The notes under the pieces were generated by a model, which did no database searches, was not told where the DNA came from, and saw only the letters and a list, made by a program, of their open reading frames with translations. Positions 27,165-41,464 of a stretch of DNA of 64,000 nucleotides are shown here, one piece after another. The position numbers and the translations under genes are program-made. Source of the stretch: Trichosphaerium sp. ATCC 40318 (lineage: Eukaryota; Protista; Tubulinea). The DNA is taken from positions 62,001 to 126,000 of the forward strand of contig JALMLS010000228.1 of the NCBI GenBank assembly GCA_038496445.1, in the 5' to 3' direction. Within the stretch, counting starts at the first letter, position 1. The number at the start of each line of letters is the position of its first letter.

Positions 27165-29785
27165 ATGCTTCTTGGCCTTGGCGCAAAACAATGCGTAGCG
27201 CGCCGAGCTACTAGCTATGCATCGTCTGTGCGTGGAGACAATAATGAAACACGACAGGTATTTATTTAGCACAACTAACGTAAATAACCCTTCCTAGTCC
27301 TTAAATACAACTAAATTTCGCCGAAAAGGTGTATTATTGAGGTAAACTACATTTTGAGAAATCTATCCAACCTTTTTCACAGCAAAGTGGTTCAATCGCG
27401 TTTCTACGCAAAGGAGGCAAACACACTAGAGCAGTTGGGTCCTGGACTTTTTAGACAGAACATCAAAGCATGGAACGACATGGAAAGGGAGTTTGTAAAG
27501 AGGTAACGCAACTGGCAACGCTTAAAACCCGATTTTAATCGATTATCTCTTTACAACCCTTTTAACACGCGTAGGCTTCCAGAATCCGACTTGAAACAAA
27601 TACTTAGCATCACAGGAGGTGATAAAAACTCTTTAAAAGTTTCTAGTATGCTTAAACTCATGACAAGCGTTTCATTCGATCCCAGATACACCTATGAGTG
27701 CGTAACATGAACCCTCACACCGTGATGAGTAATGTCACAACAGGTTTACAAAAATGGGCGAAATCGGACCTACTAGTGCTCGACACCCAACGCCACATGA
27801 ACAAGCGAATCCTGGTATGGGTACAAAAACACCTGTACGTGTTTTTTGCATAAAAGAAAACCCACAAACCGTGTTACACTCGAACAATCATTTATCCCAA
27901 AAAAAAAAAAAGAAAAATAATTACGTACTTACTTTGAAACAAATAGCTGGTTTGGTTTGATCGGCCAAGAGATATGCAAAAAGATGCATCTGAATTTCAA
28001 GCATGTCTATTCATCATTACACAATATGCACGATACTGGGTAAGCGACAAGGAATTCAATTACACTTTTTTTTTTCTGATTTTTTTTTTCTCTTTTTAGA
28101 GGCTTAACCTTGATTCTGGGTTAATGGACTGGCGTGATATTCCACGTAGAATGCCTACATTTGATGTTGTACAAGTAAGTTTAATATAACTAATCAATTG
28201 CATCATCACCTTATCCCTCTTCATGATTTCAAAGAGTAACTCTTTTTTTTTCTTGTGAAGGCTATACAATTTCGTCATATGCATGTGTTAATGACTAAGA
28301 AAAATGTTGGTTGGTTTAGAAGAAAATACAAATACGGTCTATCATTTGTTGATAAACGTACGTCCAAGACAGTTCACTATTGTGAAGGAACAAAAAACCA
28401 TCATCATTTAAAGCGATGTTTCACTTAACTTTACAACTCGACGAGGTCGTTTAATTAACTCTTCTTTTATATAGTTGGTAAATTCTATGAAATGAATAAG
28501 TGGGGTTCCCAGATTCCTTACAGGAATGCGACTATATGCGCAACAGAAGATAATATCCTTTGTTTCGGACATGACTTAGATAATCCAAATTGCGAGCATC
28601 TAGGTATGGCTTACTGGGATTTTGGTGTATGGAGGTAAGTTCGAACAAACGCAACAAGTGCTTTGTGTTAACATTATATATAGACCATTTAGAAGCAGGT
28701 GGAGAAAGATTGAACCTAAAGGCGATGTACGTTTTATGCAAATCGCATAAACTTTTTGATTGTTTTTTTTTGGTGTGCTTATGTTTTGCTCTTTTAGATA
28801 CCACCTATGACAGTTCACCAACCTGTTGTTGCTGTCAGTGAAAACCAAAGACATGTATATGTAAACATTGTACACTGTGGTAATTTTAACACATATGTAC
28901 TTGACACAAGTACGTCTCATCTCCTGTCCCTTTTTTACATTTAGTTTGTTAATGTTACCTTTCTAGGGGATTGGACATGGACAAGGATTGCTCCTCGTCT
29001 TCCTAGACCACCACTAATGCATGGCGCTCGTGCAATAATATGGGATAAGAGATTAATCCTCACTCAAGGTTTGTGTTCAAAGAGAAATTTTTCATGAAGT
29101 TAACTTTGAAATAGGAAGACAAGTATCCGGTTCTAATCCAATTGAGAGTAAAAGCCACTTTAGATTCAGAAAAAAAAGTCAAAATGCTCTTCACTTTAAA
29201 CATAATAATCAGACAGTTATGTCTGGTATGTTAAGCTCTAAATGGGCTGAAACTTATGTACTTGACTTGAGTAAGTACTTTAGTTTTTTCTTTCTTTTCT
29301 GACCCTCTTTGTAGCTACAGAAAGATGGGTTATTCCTGAAACTTCTATACAATGCATAGGCGAAGCATTGCCACCAACAGAGTGTATGACTTTCATCCAA
29401 ACAAAGTGTAAAAGCTAATTTTTTGTTTAGACAAACTGCGCCATTCTCATGGTACTTTGGCTCTTACTGATGATATGACAGTACATCCTGGACTTTATAT
29501 TGTAGGAGGTATTGATTCTGCTGGTGATGAAGTTAGAGATATCTGGCGTATGGAGCAGACAGACTTAGGACCAATAGAGAGTATGTCAAATAACTTTGTT
29601 TTGTTTTGTTTTTAACAACTTTGCTAACTTCGTTTTTTAAAGACCCAGATGAACATCCACCTTTGGGTTTCCCAAGAACAAGGGAGGCGCCGAGTCAGGT
29701 ACCTCCTGCTTGGGTTGATTTTAAGAGAATGATGGAAGAAAGATTCCCTAAATCCAAGAAATGGCTACCAAGCGATCCTTTGTAA
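27165..29785 (+). CDS. Kelch-like beta-propeller protein, possibly mitochondrial
   Basis: TATAAA at 27151. Multi-exon; blades such as TYVLDT..WTWTRI, TYVLDLT.ERW, LYIVGGIDSAGDEVRDIWRM. Basic, presequence-like N-terminal region (KVVQSRFYAK). Ends KKWLPSDPL*. Confidence 0.6.
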
Positions 29786-29934
29786 AAAACTAAAATAAAA
29801 GAAATCTGCTGACTTAATTGACGATTTATGCTAAGTGATAGCGCACAAATTGTAATAAAAAGTCCGAACTGTCTATCCACCGCCTCATTAGAGGTATTTA
29901 ACGCTGTTACTAAATTAACTGATTATAAATAAGA

Positions 29935-31373
29935 ATGTCTCGCCCAATTCCAATTGTCTGCGTGACAGGCGCTTCTGGGTGCGTATTAACATCCGTTAAA
30001 ACCGTTTAAGAATGTAACACTATATTTTACAGTTATATTGGCTCTCATGTCGTAGATCTACTCCTATCTCAAGGCTACAGAGTGCGAGGGACTGTGAGAA
30101 GTGTTAAAAACGAAAATAAAGTCAAGCACTTGGCAAAATACACAACATTGGAACTTTTTGAGGCTGATTTACTTCAACAGAAAAGTTTTGCGAAAGCTTT
30201 TTCAGGCAAGTGCCTTTTGGGAAATAAGGAAAACCCAAATTTCGCTCTAACACTTTTTGTAGGTTGTACCTACGTCATACATGTTGCTTCACCTTTTCAA
30301 TTACTTGTCAGTGACCCTCAGAAAGAGCTTGTTGATCCTGCAGTTAACGCACGTGTCATTTGAGTAGAAAAAACAAAAACGCCTCTAAAAAGCCAATGTT
30401 TGCTCACCTTAGATTGTTTAGGGAACAGTAAACGTGTTGACAGCAGCTAGAGACGCCGGTGTATCCAGAGTAGTGTTAACATCATCTATCGCTGCAGTCG
30501 AAGGCAACAAACTCAATATCTGTATTTTGACAAAACTCACATTGGACTTAGGACTACACGGAAGAATGTCAAAACCTGGTGTTGTGCTTTCAGAGAAAGA
30601 TTGGAACACAACCTCTTCGCTTACAAAGGACCCTTACGCGTTCAGTAAGTTCAATTAGCTAGATGCTTATCGATTAACAATGGTGTAGGCAAAGTAGAGG
30701 CTGAAAAAGCCGCTTGGGCATTTGTAAAAGCAAATCCTAGTCTAGAATTGGCTGTTATCAATCCTGGGTACGTTAGTATTGAGTGTATGCGTTCTTATTT
30801 TATTTTTGTAGATTCGTGATTGGACCATCTTTGTCAGCAAGAGAGGACGCAACTAGTATGAAACTTGTTAAAACTTGGGTTGGTGGCATGTTTGCAAAGA
30901 GAGGTACCTTTCGTTGCCGGTTTACGCGTGAAACTCACATAGCTTAAAGGTGCTCCCCATGGGTATATACCAAGTGTGGATGTAAGAGATGTGGCGTTGG
31001 GTCATATACGGGCAATGATACAGCCAAATGCTAAAGGTGCGCTTAACACTCAACTAGTCTGAGACAGTGGTTGATAACGCAAAATTGTTTGTTTACTGAA
31101 GTATTAGATAAACGCTTTCTTTTCACAGCTACGCGCAAACCGTATTCTTTCCTTGAGCTATTCGATATGATTAGTAGCGAGTACCCACAATTTCCATTAC
31201 CGCGTACATTATCAAAGCGTAAACCAAAACGTAAAACGTACCCACCAATTGCAGATAACTCTAGAGCTACTGATATACTACGTATACATTTTATACCTAT
31301 AGATGAATCTATACGTGATATGGTGAGAGATATGATACGAAAGAGATTGATTAATCTAAACTCTAACTTGTAA
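29935..31373 (+). CDS. NAD(P)-dependent epimerase/dehydratase family (extended SDR, aldehyde/dihydroflavonol-reductase-like)
   Basis: VCVTGASGYIGSHVV..GYRVRGTVRS, VIHVASP, DPAVNGT, RVVLTSS, YAFSK (YxxxK), NPGFVIGP, VDVRDVA. Confidence 0.93.
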
Positions 31374-31459
31374 TAATAAAACTTAACTACCCATTAAGTT
31401 TTACATGAGGTTTTTCTTATTTACAGCCTGGCAGTAAGTACGGTTTTTCTTACTATTTT

Positions 31460-33958
31460 CTACAAAAACTCTTTTAGCTTATCATTATGTGATGCCATGT
31501 ACTGCAACAATACCAAGGATACAATAGCGAAAGCCATTACTACGCCTGCGACAATTAAAGCGCATGATTGGCTCACAGCGCCCTAAAGAGTACATTTAGA
31601 ACCCAAAACAAGAAAATTTAATTTATTTAGCGTACCTCGTTTCTCACATAATTCTGTTTTTTAGCTTTTGCTTTTTCTCTTGCTTGTTTGTTTCTCAATT
31701 TTTTCATCTTTTTCCTATTCTTTCGCCTTTAAGGGGTAGATTAGTAATAGGCTCAGTGCACTGCAAAAAAGTAACCAAGGACAAGGAAAAAAAAACAGTT
31801 GAAAAAAGAAAAGAAAAACATTTGCATGCCTGAGCCTTGCTGCAGAAACAACAGCCTTATCCTTTTTTTCTTTTGTTGCTTGCGGAGTAGTAGGTGCTTG
31901 AGCCTTTTTGACTGTTTTTCCTTGACGCTGACGCAATATACTATAGTCAGTGCTAGTTGTCTAAAAACCAAAGTTCAGTATTAAATGTTGAGTTATGTTA
32001 CTTTACCTTGCCGCTCACTGTGACAGTATTTGATGAAACTTTCGCCTTTACATCTTGCTGCTTCGGTTTTTGAACAGAAACTTTCTTGACACTCTTTTCT
32101 TCTGGTTTTGTTCGTTTAACCAAAGTCCAGCCTTCTTCAACCTGAGGTTGAATTACTTCAGTACTTTGTACTTGTTCTTTAGATACATCATCGGGCTCAA
32201 CAACACTCTCGTCAGCAGCCGTAGCAACAATTTCGTTTTGATCCTTTGTGGGTTGTGACTCCGACTTTGTTTCCTCTGTTGGCGTTACTTTAGGTGGTTC
32301 TATCTTTGGAACAAGCTTCGATTGTGGTTTCGTTTGTTTTTTAACTACTGGCCGTTTTGGTGCTGCAACTACGATAACTGAGCAAGGGTCTTATGAACTT
32401 TTACACACCTGTTTTTGCTGGAGTCTTTTTAACAGTTGTAGCCTTTACTGGTTTCTGAGAAATTTGCTTCTTTGTTTTTTGTGTTCTTGCAGCGATTTTA
32501 CGTCTCTTCTCAGCTGCTGTCAACGGTGACACATTTTTGAAGTCATACACAAATACAGCGTCATTATCGTTAACGCATGCAAGATAAGAATCGTTAGTAG
32601 CCAAGAAGACAGTGGAAGATCGTGAGCGTGTTGGTATGGTGTATAAAGTCTTTGATGATTCAAGAGAATAAACTAAAACATCTTGTGAGTTTCACGCTTT
32701 GTGTTGGACTAAGTCTATTAATCCTAGTTTATACGCACCAGAAGTACCACCAGATTCTAGACCACATATAGCAAGTAACTCATCAGCATTAACAAGAGAT
32801 ATAAATTCAGATTCAGGTAAGTTTCGGAATTCTTTTGTAATCTTGGCTTTGCCATTAGAATAAAGGAACGTCTTTACAACGCCATCGAAGTTTACAGTGG
32901 CAAAGGAAATGTCTCCATCATCCACTTTCTAAGAAGAAAGACGCCTTAGTGTTTGATATACGAAATAAAGCGTACCAGAAGAACGAGGTTATCCATGCGG
33001 CAATCTTCTTCTGTGTCCTCAATGTCACAGATGATGTCCTTAGATTTCAAATTCCTTTCCATTTATTAGATTACTGTTCGCCTGATTTTTGAACAAAGCA
33101 CTAATGCTGTATGTACCAAAATTGAATGAATCCTTCATTATAGCAAGCAATCAATACATTTCCAACAGCGAGTAAATGCATCTCATCAGTTTCATCTCCA
33201 GCAAGTTTTCTCTCGCACGTCTTGTCTAGTTTATAGTAGTTAGGATCAACAGTACTAGGAACATAAACTAGTTAACGTACTACGTAGAGAGAAGATATTT
33301 ATATGTCCATCAGCACTCGAACCTTAGGTTTTCAATGAAAATAGTTTCACAGAAGTAAAACTTGTCGTGTCACTCAAAAAAAACCATGTTCATTTTGACA
33401 CGTCACGTTTTCATACCACTTGCTAAATATTCATCATTGGTTGCTATTGTATTTATTGGAAAGTCATGAGCACTCGCAAAAGTGTGAAGCGATGCTGCCT
33501 TCTCAGTTGAAACGTCAACAATTCTGTAACGGATTTTTAGATTTTTGGGTTGTATTTGATGTTAAACGCAGCTAGCTCCTTTTACCTCATGTTTGATGCG
33601 TCATCACCTAACTGCTGTTACATGGTGACGTGTCATTAATAGAAATACCTGTGTATAGCTTGTTATCTGCTACATGAAGTGCTCCGATAGGAGATTGATG
33701 GAGGTGAACAGTCTCTGTTTAAATATGCCCTTAGTAGTTGTTTTATGCACTATACGGTACTTACCTGACTCGCTGGTTGTCAAATCGTGAATTAATAGCT
33801 TACCGCTAACAAACCCTACGTATAATTTACCTAATGCTATTAGCGATGTCTGTGGTACCTATGGTTTGCGTACCGGAAGCCAATTTGACGGTTGTAACTT
33901 CTTCTGAACATTGCTGTTGAAAACCATTCTTGTAGTTACCAAACGTCCAATTATCCAT
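31460..33958 (-). CDS. WD40-repeat protein with Lys-rich linker and C-terminal transmembrane anchor
   Basis: WD-like blades (LYVGFVSGKLLIHD, HQSPIGALH, AHDFPINTIATNDEYLASG, SSADGHINIFS, VNFDGVVKTF, NDNDAVFVYDF). Tail LIVAGVVMAFAIVSLVLLQY..EFL*. Confidence 0.7.
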
Positions 33959-34131
33959 CTTAGACCACTACAACGCAGATTTGTTTACGAAATTTGATGA
34001 GTGTCAACTAATAGTGCACGTTAAGATTGAAAAAAAACTACGCTTGTGACGCTAACCTGATCTCAACGCTCTGTTCACCAATTAAGCCTTTGGCAATTAA
34101 GCAAGAAGAAAACAAGTCTCAAAGTGCCAAC

Positions 34132-36587
34132 ATGGCCGCCAAGACGCAGTATGATTCTGTATCTCTCACATCAGACACTTTTGACGTGGATGAAACTGAA
34201 GCACAAACATCTGTAAGAACATTTGCTTAAAAGTGACTGCTTTTAATTTAATTACGTAGGTTATAGTTCCTAAACCCGGTTTTTGGACAGGAAAGAAGAA
34301 ATTAGTAATCATACTCATTGTAACCATTTTAATTATTCTTGGTGGAGTTTTCGCCGTTATTTTCCTTACAGACGAAGGACCAAGTACATTAACACTGCCT
34401 TTACAAAACGATTTACCTTTTATTTGTTTAGGACAACATCGCAATGTCATCTTTTTAGTACCAGATGGCTATGGTCCAGCGTATACTACACTAACAGTAC
34501 ATATGAACGGTGATAAACCACTAGAGATGGATTCATACCTTGTGGGCACTTCACGAACTCGCTCAGCTGATAGGTACACAGCACAAAACGTAACAAGAAA
34601 AAATCTCCAAGTGTCACCATTTTCATGAAGTTATTTACTACACCTTTTCTTTTTACGTTTCGTGTAATCTCACTTTTTTAGTCCTGTGACTGATTCAGCT
34701 GCTGGCGCAACATCTTGGGCGTGTGGACTACGTACAAACAATCACTATCTAGCTGCGACACCAGAGAATACATCTTGTGGTACGACGTGACGTTAATATA
34801 AGATCTAATATTTTACACAAAAATTTCTGATTCCCGTTTTCTTATTAATAAACACAAAAAGGGACTCTTATGGAAGCTGCTATGAATCAGAAGAATATGA
34901 AAGCTGGTTTCGTTGTAACGAGCGAAGTAACACATGCAACACCAGCAGCTTTTACTTCACACTCTATAAGCAGGTAAAACAGAACGACACTTATATTAAT
35001 TGACTTCCGTATCTCATTTTTTTCCTTTCTACAGATACTGGAAAGAGTTCATTGCTGGTCAACAGATTAAGAGTGGACTAGAAGTGATGTTTGGTGGTGG
35101 ACGTACTGTATTCACACAGGATAATAATACACTATGGAAAGAGGCTGAGTCTAACGGGCTTAATATTATTACAACTGCTGCAGAGCTTAGTGGTAAAAAT
35201 CTTGGGATTTTTTCATTGTCAACTATTTTACTGACGCTGAGTTCAAGGGGATGTTAAGCTGCCTGTACTCGGGTTATTTGCAGATAAACACTTGGCATTT
35301 AGTCTTGATAGGTACATTAATTTTTTCGAACGCGTTTATTGATTGAATGCTTCAGGGAAGTCGATGATGTTGAGCCAAGTCTTGTTCAAATGACAAAAAA
35401 AGCACTTGATATTTTAAACAAAGGTATTTTCTCTCGTTCTCTTGCTCTACTTCCCTTCTAATGACATCAATGTATTATTAGATAATAAAGATGGGTTCTT
35501 TTTACTTGTTGAAGGTAGTCGTATTGATCACTGTGGTCACATAAACGATCCATGTACGATTTACTACTATGCTTAATTTTTTACTTATTGTACCTAGCAT
35601 GTGCTTACCATGAAGTAAATGCTTTTGATGAGGCGTTTAAAGCAGTAATTGACTTTGCTAAAGAAGATAAAAACACTTTAGTAGTATCTGTAGCTGATCA
35701 TGAGACAGGTAACGCCAAATCTCCGCTTTTCTTTTCTTTTTTTGTTCGAAATACCAATAATTACTTATACCTCTTTAGGTGGTTTGGCTCTTGGAGTAGG
35801 TGAATATAATTATGGTTTAGACTTCCTTTCACAAGTTAATCACACTTGTGAATGGTTTGTAGCGCAATTGGACGTGCGTAGAGAGGGATTTTCTCCTTTT
35901 TTTTTCTTACCTTTTTATTGTATTTTGTTCTCATCGGTTTTTTTAGCTTGCTGCGCTTAACTCTACAGAGAATTTACAAAAGCTTGAAGAAGACATTGGA
36001 ACATACACCCCAATAGATACACTCACACCTGAAGAGGTATCTCTAATACAGAATGGACTTGCTACTTCACGTACGAGAAAAAGAGAAAAAAAAAACCTTC
36101 ACAAAAAAAATCAATCCATCCTTATTAATATGTTTTTCTAATAGCGGTTGCTACTGAAGAAGCACTTGCAGCTATATTTTCAGCAAGAGGTGAAATAGGC
36201 TGGACATCACATGTACATACTGTACGATACAAGCAAAAAAAAAAAACAAATTATTTCTTGAAATATTAAAAAACTTGTATTACAGGGTGTAGATGTCAAT
36301 GTATACGCTTATGGACCTGATAGTGATAAATTCGCTGGTCAGCATAAGAATTATGATTTGGGTGTAATTCTTGCAAAAATATTAGGGTTTGATTATGATA
36401 AAGCTACACAGGATGTCAAGTACGTCTTTTTGACGTTGCTCTTTTATTATTATTTTTTTTTGTAGTATTCTTATGAATTATTTTTCTTACTTCTTTCTCT
36501 TTTTATAGATCGTTTGATCCAACGAATAATTCAAGTATGGATAGTACTAAACGCGATGTTGGTTATCATTCCAATAACATTCTTTGA
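34132..36587 (+). CDS. Alkaline phosphatase (PhoA/Pho8-type, type II membrane-anchored)
   Basis: N-terminal TM, NVIFLVPDGYG, VTDSAAGAT (catalytic Ser), VTHATPAAF, FGGG, FFLLVEGSRIDHCGH, VADHETGG, GWTSHVHTGVDV. Confidence 0.95.
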
Positions 36588-36883
36588 TAATGGGAACTAC
36601 ACCAAAAAAAGTCTTGACTTTTTTTTTTTGGCATTTTGGAGGGGATATCTTTTGCTGTTTACCCAGTTGTATGATTATAAAGTATTACAGTACCCTGATT
36701 TTTTGTTTGTGGAATATTGTATGTTGCACTTTTTCCCAGGACTTACCACTTCCTATCACCCAGCACAAAGAGTCAGAAATAAATTTTTGTTACTCCGAAA
36801 ACTTAACTTGTTACTCACTCAAACACCCACAGCAGTTTTTTGAGGGCTTTTTTGGAAATAGGCGTTGAATGCCATAGAAACAT

Positions 36884-38577
36884 TCACCTATTCAGTAGCA
36901 TTGCTGTAAATCTAGTCAACTGCCTAGAAGAAGGTAAGGGAGTAGCCTATTTACTAAGCGGCATACTTTTGTTGTGAAGTTTTACCAGTCTGTTTAAAAC
37001 GATTCCAATCCCAACCATACCCATCGTGTATAAGTGATAATGCTCTAGGCCAATATTTGCGTAACCTTATTCCTCCCACTGCCTGTAAATGCAGAAGTGA
37101 TACGTGATACCTGCAAATAACGGTAAGATTTTTTGTTGAAAAAACAGTTTAGTGTTCCTTTACCATTCCGTTGGTCTGGTGATGTGTAAAGCCTCTTTGG
37201 CCTGTTCTAAGAAACTCTTTTGGTTTTCTTCACACCAATGACGTTGTGCCCCCTTCCAGTCGTATGAAGGATACAGAGCTTTCAAAGCGTTGAAAGCTCC
37301 AAAGTGTCTAAAACGGTGTGAAACAAACAGTTAAATGTTCTGGTATTAAAACTATGTAAAGTTTCTATACGGCTTACCTTTTTGCTATAGGACCGTTTTC
37401 GCGTACTATTTTGCGTAAATTACCACGTGTGTACCATCCATCTAGTGTCTTTATTTGATATTTTTCTCCGATATCATCAAGAGCCCGTCTTTGGTTTCTA
37501 GGATCATCCCAGTAGTATTTAGGCGCTTGGCTATATAAACAAAACGCATTACCCTAAATGTTTACACTAAATGCCTTACGTGAAACACTTCGTATCCCAA
37601 TTGTACCGTGGATATAATGTCTCAAGACACTTTGAAAGGGAGCAACTGTAAACATTCCTTTACAAAAATCCTGTAAGCGTGAAGTTTCTTTTTTCGAACA
37701 TACAATAAGCGCGTCGTATTCCTCTCAGAGACGTCTTCGACTCGAATTTTATACCAGTCATCCATTGTCTTTACATCAAGCCTCTCTCCTGAGGTATTCA
37801 TGACATGTTTATGAATTTCCACAGAGCTCCAATAGCCAGGAGCACGGTAACTAATTTAAAACTTACAGGTTTTTGCATCACAAATCACAACGTACTTGAG
37901 CCTTTGAGCATCCCAAGGATGATTCGGGAAGGAGGAGGATAGTGCATCTAGAAGATTACAGCATTTCCTTGTTTTGTTGTCGTACCTGAGCGGGAATTAC
38001 TAGACTAAGGAGGTACAAATACGTACAAAAAACTTTTAGCACCGCTCTTCATAGCATCTTTGAACGATACCCTGTACCAATCATCAAGTATTTTACAATT
38101 TAATCTCCTGCCAACCATATTAACGGCATCCTTTCTATTATCTCTATTATCCCAATGACCACGTGGAGCCTGTCTAAAACAACCTTATCAATAAACTTGC
38201 TTTGTTCTGTGTTTTTCCAAAACCACCTGAAACGTTGCTTGTCCCACGTGTATTTATTGTAAACTGAACAAATGCAACTTGAGATAGAACCGTTATAAAC
38301 CCTAATAAAGTATAAAATGGTAGGCCACCTTAACAACAAGGAGAAAGAAGTGTACGTGTTTAACAATGCTCTGGCTGAAAATGATGACAGTGTTTTTTTC
38401 CCTACAGCATACCACTCGTCTAATTGCTTGATTTTTAGGCGTTCACCGACGTTATCAAGCTCTTTTCGCTGATTTAAGATATGGTGTTTTGATTTGCTTC
38501 TAACGCTCCATTACTTGTTAAATTATTCAAAAAGCGCGGTAGGTGAATGATACTAACCTTTTCGCAACCACACGCAT
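36884..38577 (-). CDS. Tandem ~68-aa 'W..NQR..D.......DDWY...GG..LL..Y..SL...L...YP...W' repeat protein (5 repeats, no nuclease domain seen)
   Basis: Spliced repeats NQRKELDNVGERLKIKQLDEWY, HWDNRDNRK..LDDWYRV, YWSSVE..MDDWYKI, YWDDPRNQRRALDDIGEKYQIKTLDGWY, HWCEENQKSFLEQAKEALHITRPTEWY. Start and stop approximate. Confidence 0.75.
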
Positions 38578-38706
38578 AATTCAGCGGTGAGTGTATTAGG
38601 TTTACACTGAGTAGTGCCTAACGTACTTTGCGTAGTAGTTTACAACGAGGCATACTTGTGTTGACATTTGGTTTATTCTAGAATTGTCTATCATCCTCAA
38701 ATCACC

Positions 38707-41227
38707 ATGATTCGCATCACGTTAGTTTGTGCTGTTCTACTTTTAGCTGTACAGGCACACAGAGTCTCATTTGAAACTGGTGCTAGAGAAAGCGAGCATT
38801 GGGAACGCGGACGTACGTTTATATCACTAAGCAATCCATAACCAGTGTAACAGAACGTGGAAAGCCAACCGAAACGTTGGAGTTTGTTATTGCTCTGAAA
38901 CAACAGAACGTACAACAACTAGAGGCCATGTTCTGGGATGTCAGCAACCCTAAATCGTCAAATTACGCTAAATACCTTACTTTGGACGAGGTTCACGCTA
39001 TGCTTGCCCCAAAACCTGAGGCTGTAAGCACAGTAACTACCTGGTACATATTTTGATACTTGAAAGTGAAAACCCAAAACTTGCTTTTATGAGATGATTT
39101 TTGTTCAAAACCAATTGTAGCGCTAAAATTTTAGCGCTGCTAACTACACAAAACAATTAGCATTAACGATCGTTTCATTTTACAGAACGCTAACAGCTTT
39201 TTTATAGGATCAAAAACGCCGCTAATCTCGTTTCTCTTTCGCTTGAAGGTGAATACATTAAAGTGGAAATGTCTCTAGAATCTGCAGAAAGTGTATTTCA
39301 AGTAAAGTTCCATGAGTATACACACAAACGTACTCAAAAGCGTATCATAAGAGCCGTAGATACATACTCTCTACCATCAGAAGTAGCAGGTACTTACTAA
39401 AATACCATAAACGCCAAAAAGCGTTATTATAATTTTTATCACTAAAAACGACATTTCAGAGCATGTTGATTTGGTCTTTGGTATCAAGCACTACCCAGGT
39501 ATTAAGCCACCAACACAAAAGGCTTCAAAAAGAAGCACAGAAGCATTATACGTCACACCTACTGTTATTCGTCAGCAATATAAGATTGGTGATGCTGCTG
39601 GTAAAGCTGCTAATAATTCCCAAAACGTTGCTCAATTTATTGGCCAATATTATTCCCCTGGTACGTTGTTTGCCTTTGATTCCTATTCTTCTCCATTCTG
39701 ACTATTGGAAAGGTGATTTGTCTGAGTTCTTTAGCCTATTCTGGCCTAAATCTACAGGTAACACACCAAAAGTTATCGGCCCAAACAAGTCACCTGCAGG
39801 TGTTGAGGTAAACATTAGAACGGAAAAAAACCGGTTAGGCAAAAAACTCATTGAGTTCTTTGGCTTTTTTGGTTTCCACCATTGTTGTGTGAAGTTTTAA
39901 TTTGTGTGTAGGCAAGTCTAGATATTCAATACATCATGAGCGTTGGCCAGGGTGTACCTACAGTATTCTGGTCTAATGAGGTACAACAAAAATTGCTTTT
40001 TTTTTTTCCAAAAAGCTAAAACATTAAAATTAGGGCAGCAACGCTAACCAAGAACCTTTCCTTACTTGGTTGTTGGCTATGGATAAGACAGCAGATGCGC
40101 CATTAGTAAATTCAGTAAGGTAAGTATAATTTTCGCACTGTTAGTGAAGTGCTAGCGGGTTTTTGTTTTTTCTCTACATTTCTTTTTTTTAATTTTTACA
40201 GTTATGGTGATACAGAGTCTTCGATCACTTCTCAATACGCCGACCGTGTTGAAGTAGAGTTCAAGAAACAAGGTGTCAGAGGTCTTTCAATCTTATTCGC
40301 TTCTGGAGATTCTGGAGGTAATTTTTTTTTCTGTCGACTTGCGGACAAGGACAAGTCACGTTTTATTTCTCTTTTACTTATCTTTTGCTTTAGTCGGTGG
40401 TTCTACTATTGGATGCTCCAAGTTTGCTCCTGATTGGCCAGCTACTTCTCCTTCCATCACTGCTGTTGGTGGTAGTACACTTGGTCTTTTCTCAGTAAGA
40501 AACTTTTTCTCTCTTTCTTTGCCCTTACGGTTTTTTTGTTCTAGAGTGTTGAAACTGCAGCTGGGTTATCAAGCGGTGGATTCTCAAACTACTTTGGCCA
40601 ACCTCCATATCAATCCAAACAAGTACAGAGCTACCTAAGGTTAGTACTTTCACAACTTTTCGAGCAGTTTTCCCTTTAAATCGATTGTTATCTCACTAAT
40701 TCATCTAGCGGATCAGGCAGTCTCCCAGCAAGCCACTACTATAATGCAACAGGCCGTGGATTCCCAGATGTCGCTGCGCTTGCTGAAGGCTTCGTCATTG
40801 TTTACGATCGTATCACAATGCCAGGCACGTGTTTTGTCCCTTCTGAACACACCATGTGGCTTATACTTGTCTTTAGAGGTCGCTGGAACCAGTTGTGCTT
40901 CACCTACATTCGCTGGTGTTATGTCATTGCTTAATGATTTGCGTCTTCAAGCTGGAAAACCATCCCTTGGTTTCTTGAACCCTATTCTCTACCAACTCGC
41001 TGAAGATCACCCTGATGCTTTCTTTGATGTTACTTCAGGTAGCAACCCAGGTTGTGGTACTGAAGGATTTGAAGCAAGAAAAGGGTACGACAGAGTAAAA
41101 TTTTCTTCTTTTAAAATCCAGAACTTTGTCTCTTTCGTTGATGCTTACTTTTCTTAGTTGGGATCCAGTTACTGGTCTTGGTACTCCTGTCTATGAAGCT
41201 ATGGCTAAATACGTTCTTTCCTTGTAA
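38707..41227 (+). CDS. Tripeptidyl-peptidase I-like serine-carboxyl peptidase (sedolisin, S53)
   Basis: Signal peptide, prodomain (DVSNPKSSNYAKYLT), catalytic EASLDIQY, SGDSG, GRGFPDVAA, GTSCASP, Ca-site GWDPVTGLGTP. Confidence 0.95.
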
Positions 41228-41464
41228 GACTTTTGTAAGAGTAAAGATCCAACAGCTTCAATACCAATTTGAGTTTACGCTTCGCACCTTGTCACTTGAG
41301 TCATATGTTTGGTTATGCTTCTTTGTACAAAATAGCCTATTTGTTCCGATTTTTTGGCTTAACAAAGTCAAAGTGTGCTGTCTGTCAGCGAAACCGTTAC
41401 GTGGTGAGTGCAGTTGTGGTATAGGTCCACGTTATGGCTATAGGTGGTTTACGTTTTGAAATTC

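Noticed and set aside
31362-31373. C-terminal SNL as a peroxisomal targeting signal on the epimerase
   Set aside because: Non-canonical PTS1 variant; too weak to call from sequence alone.
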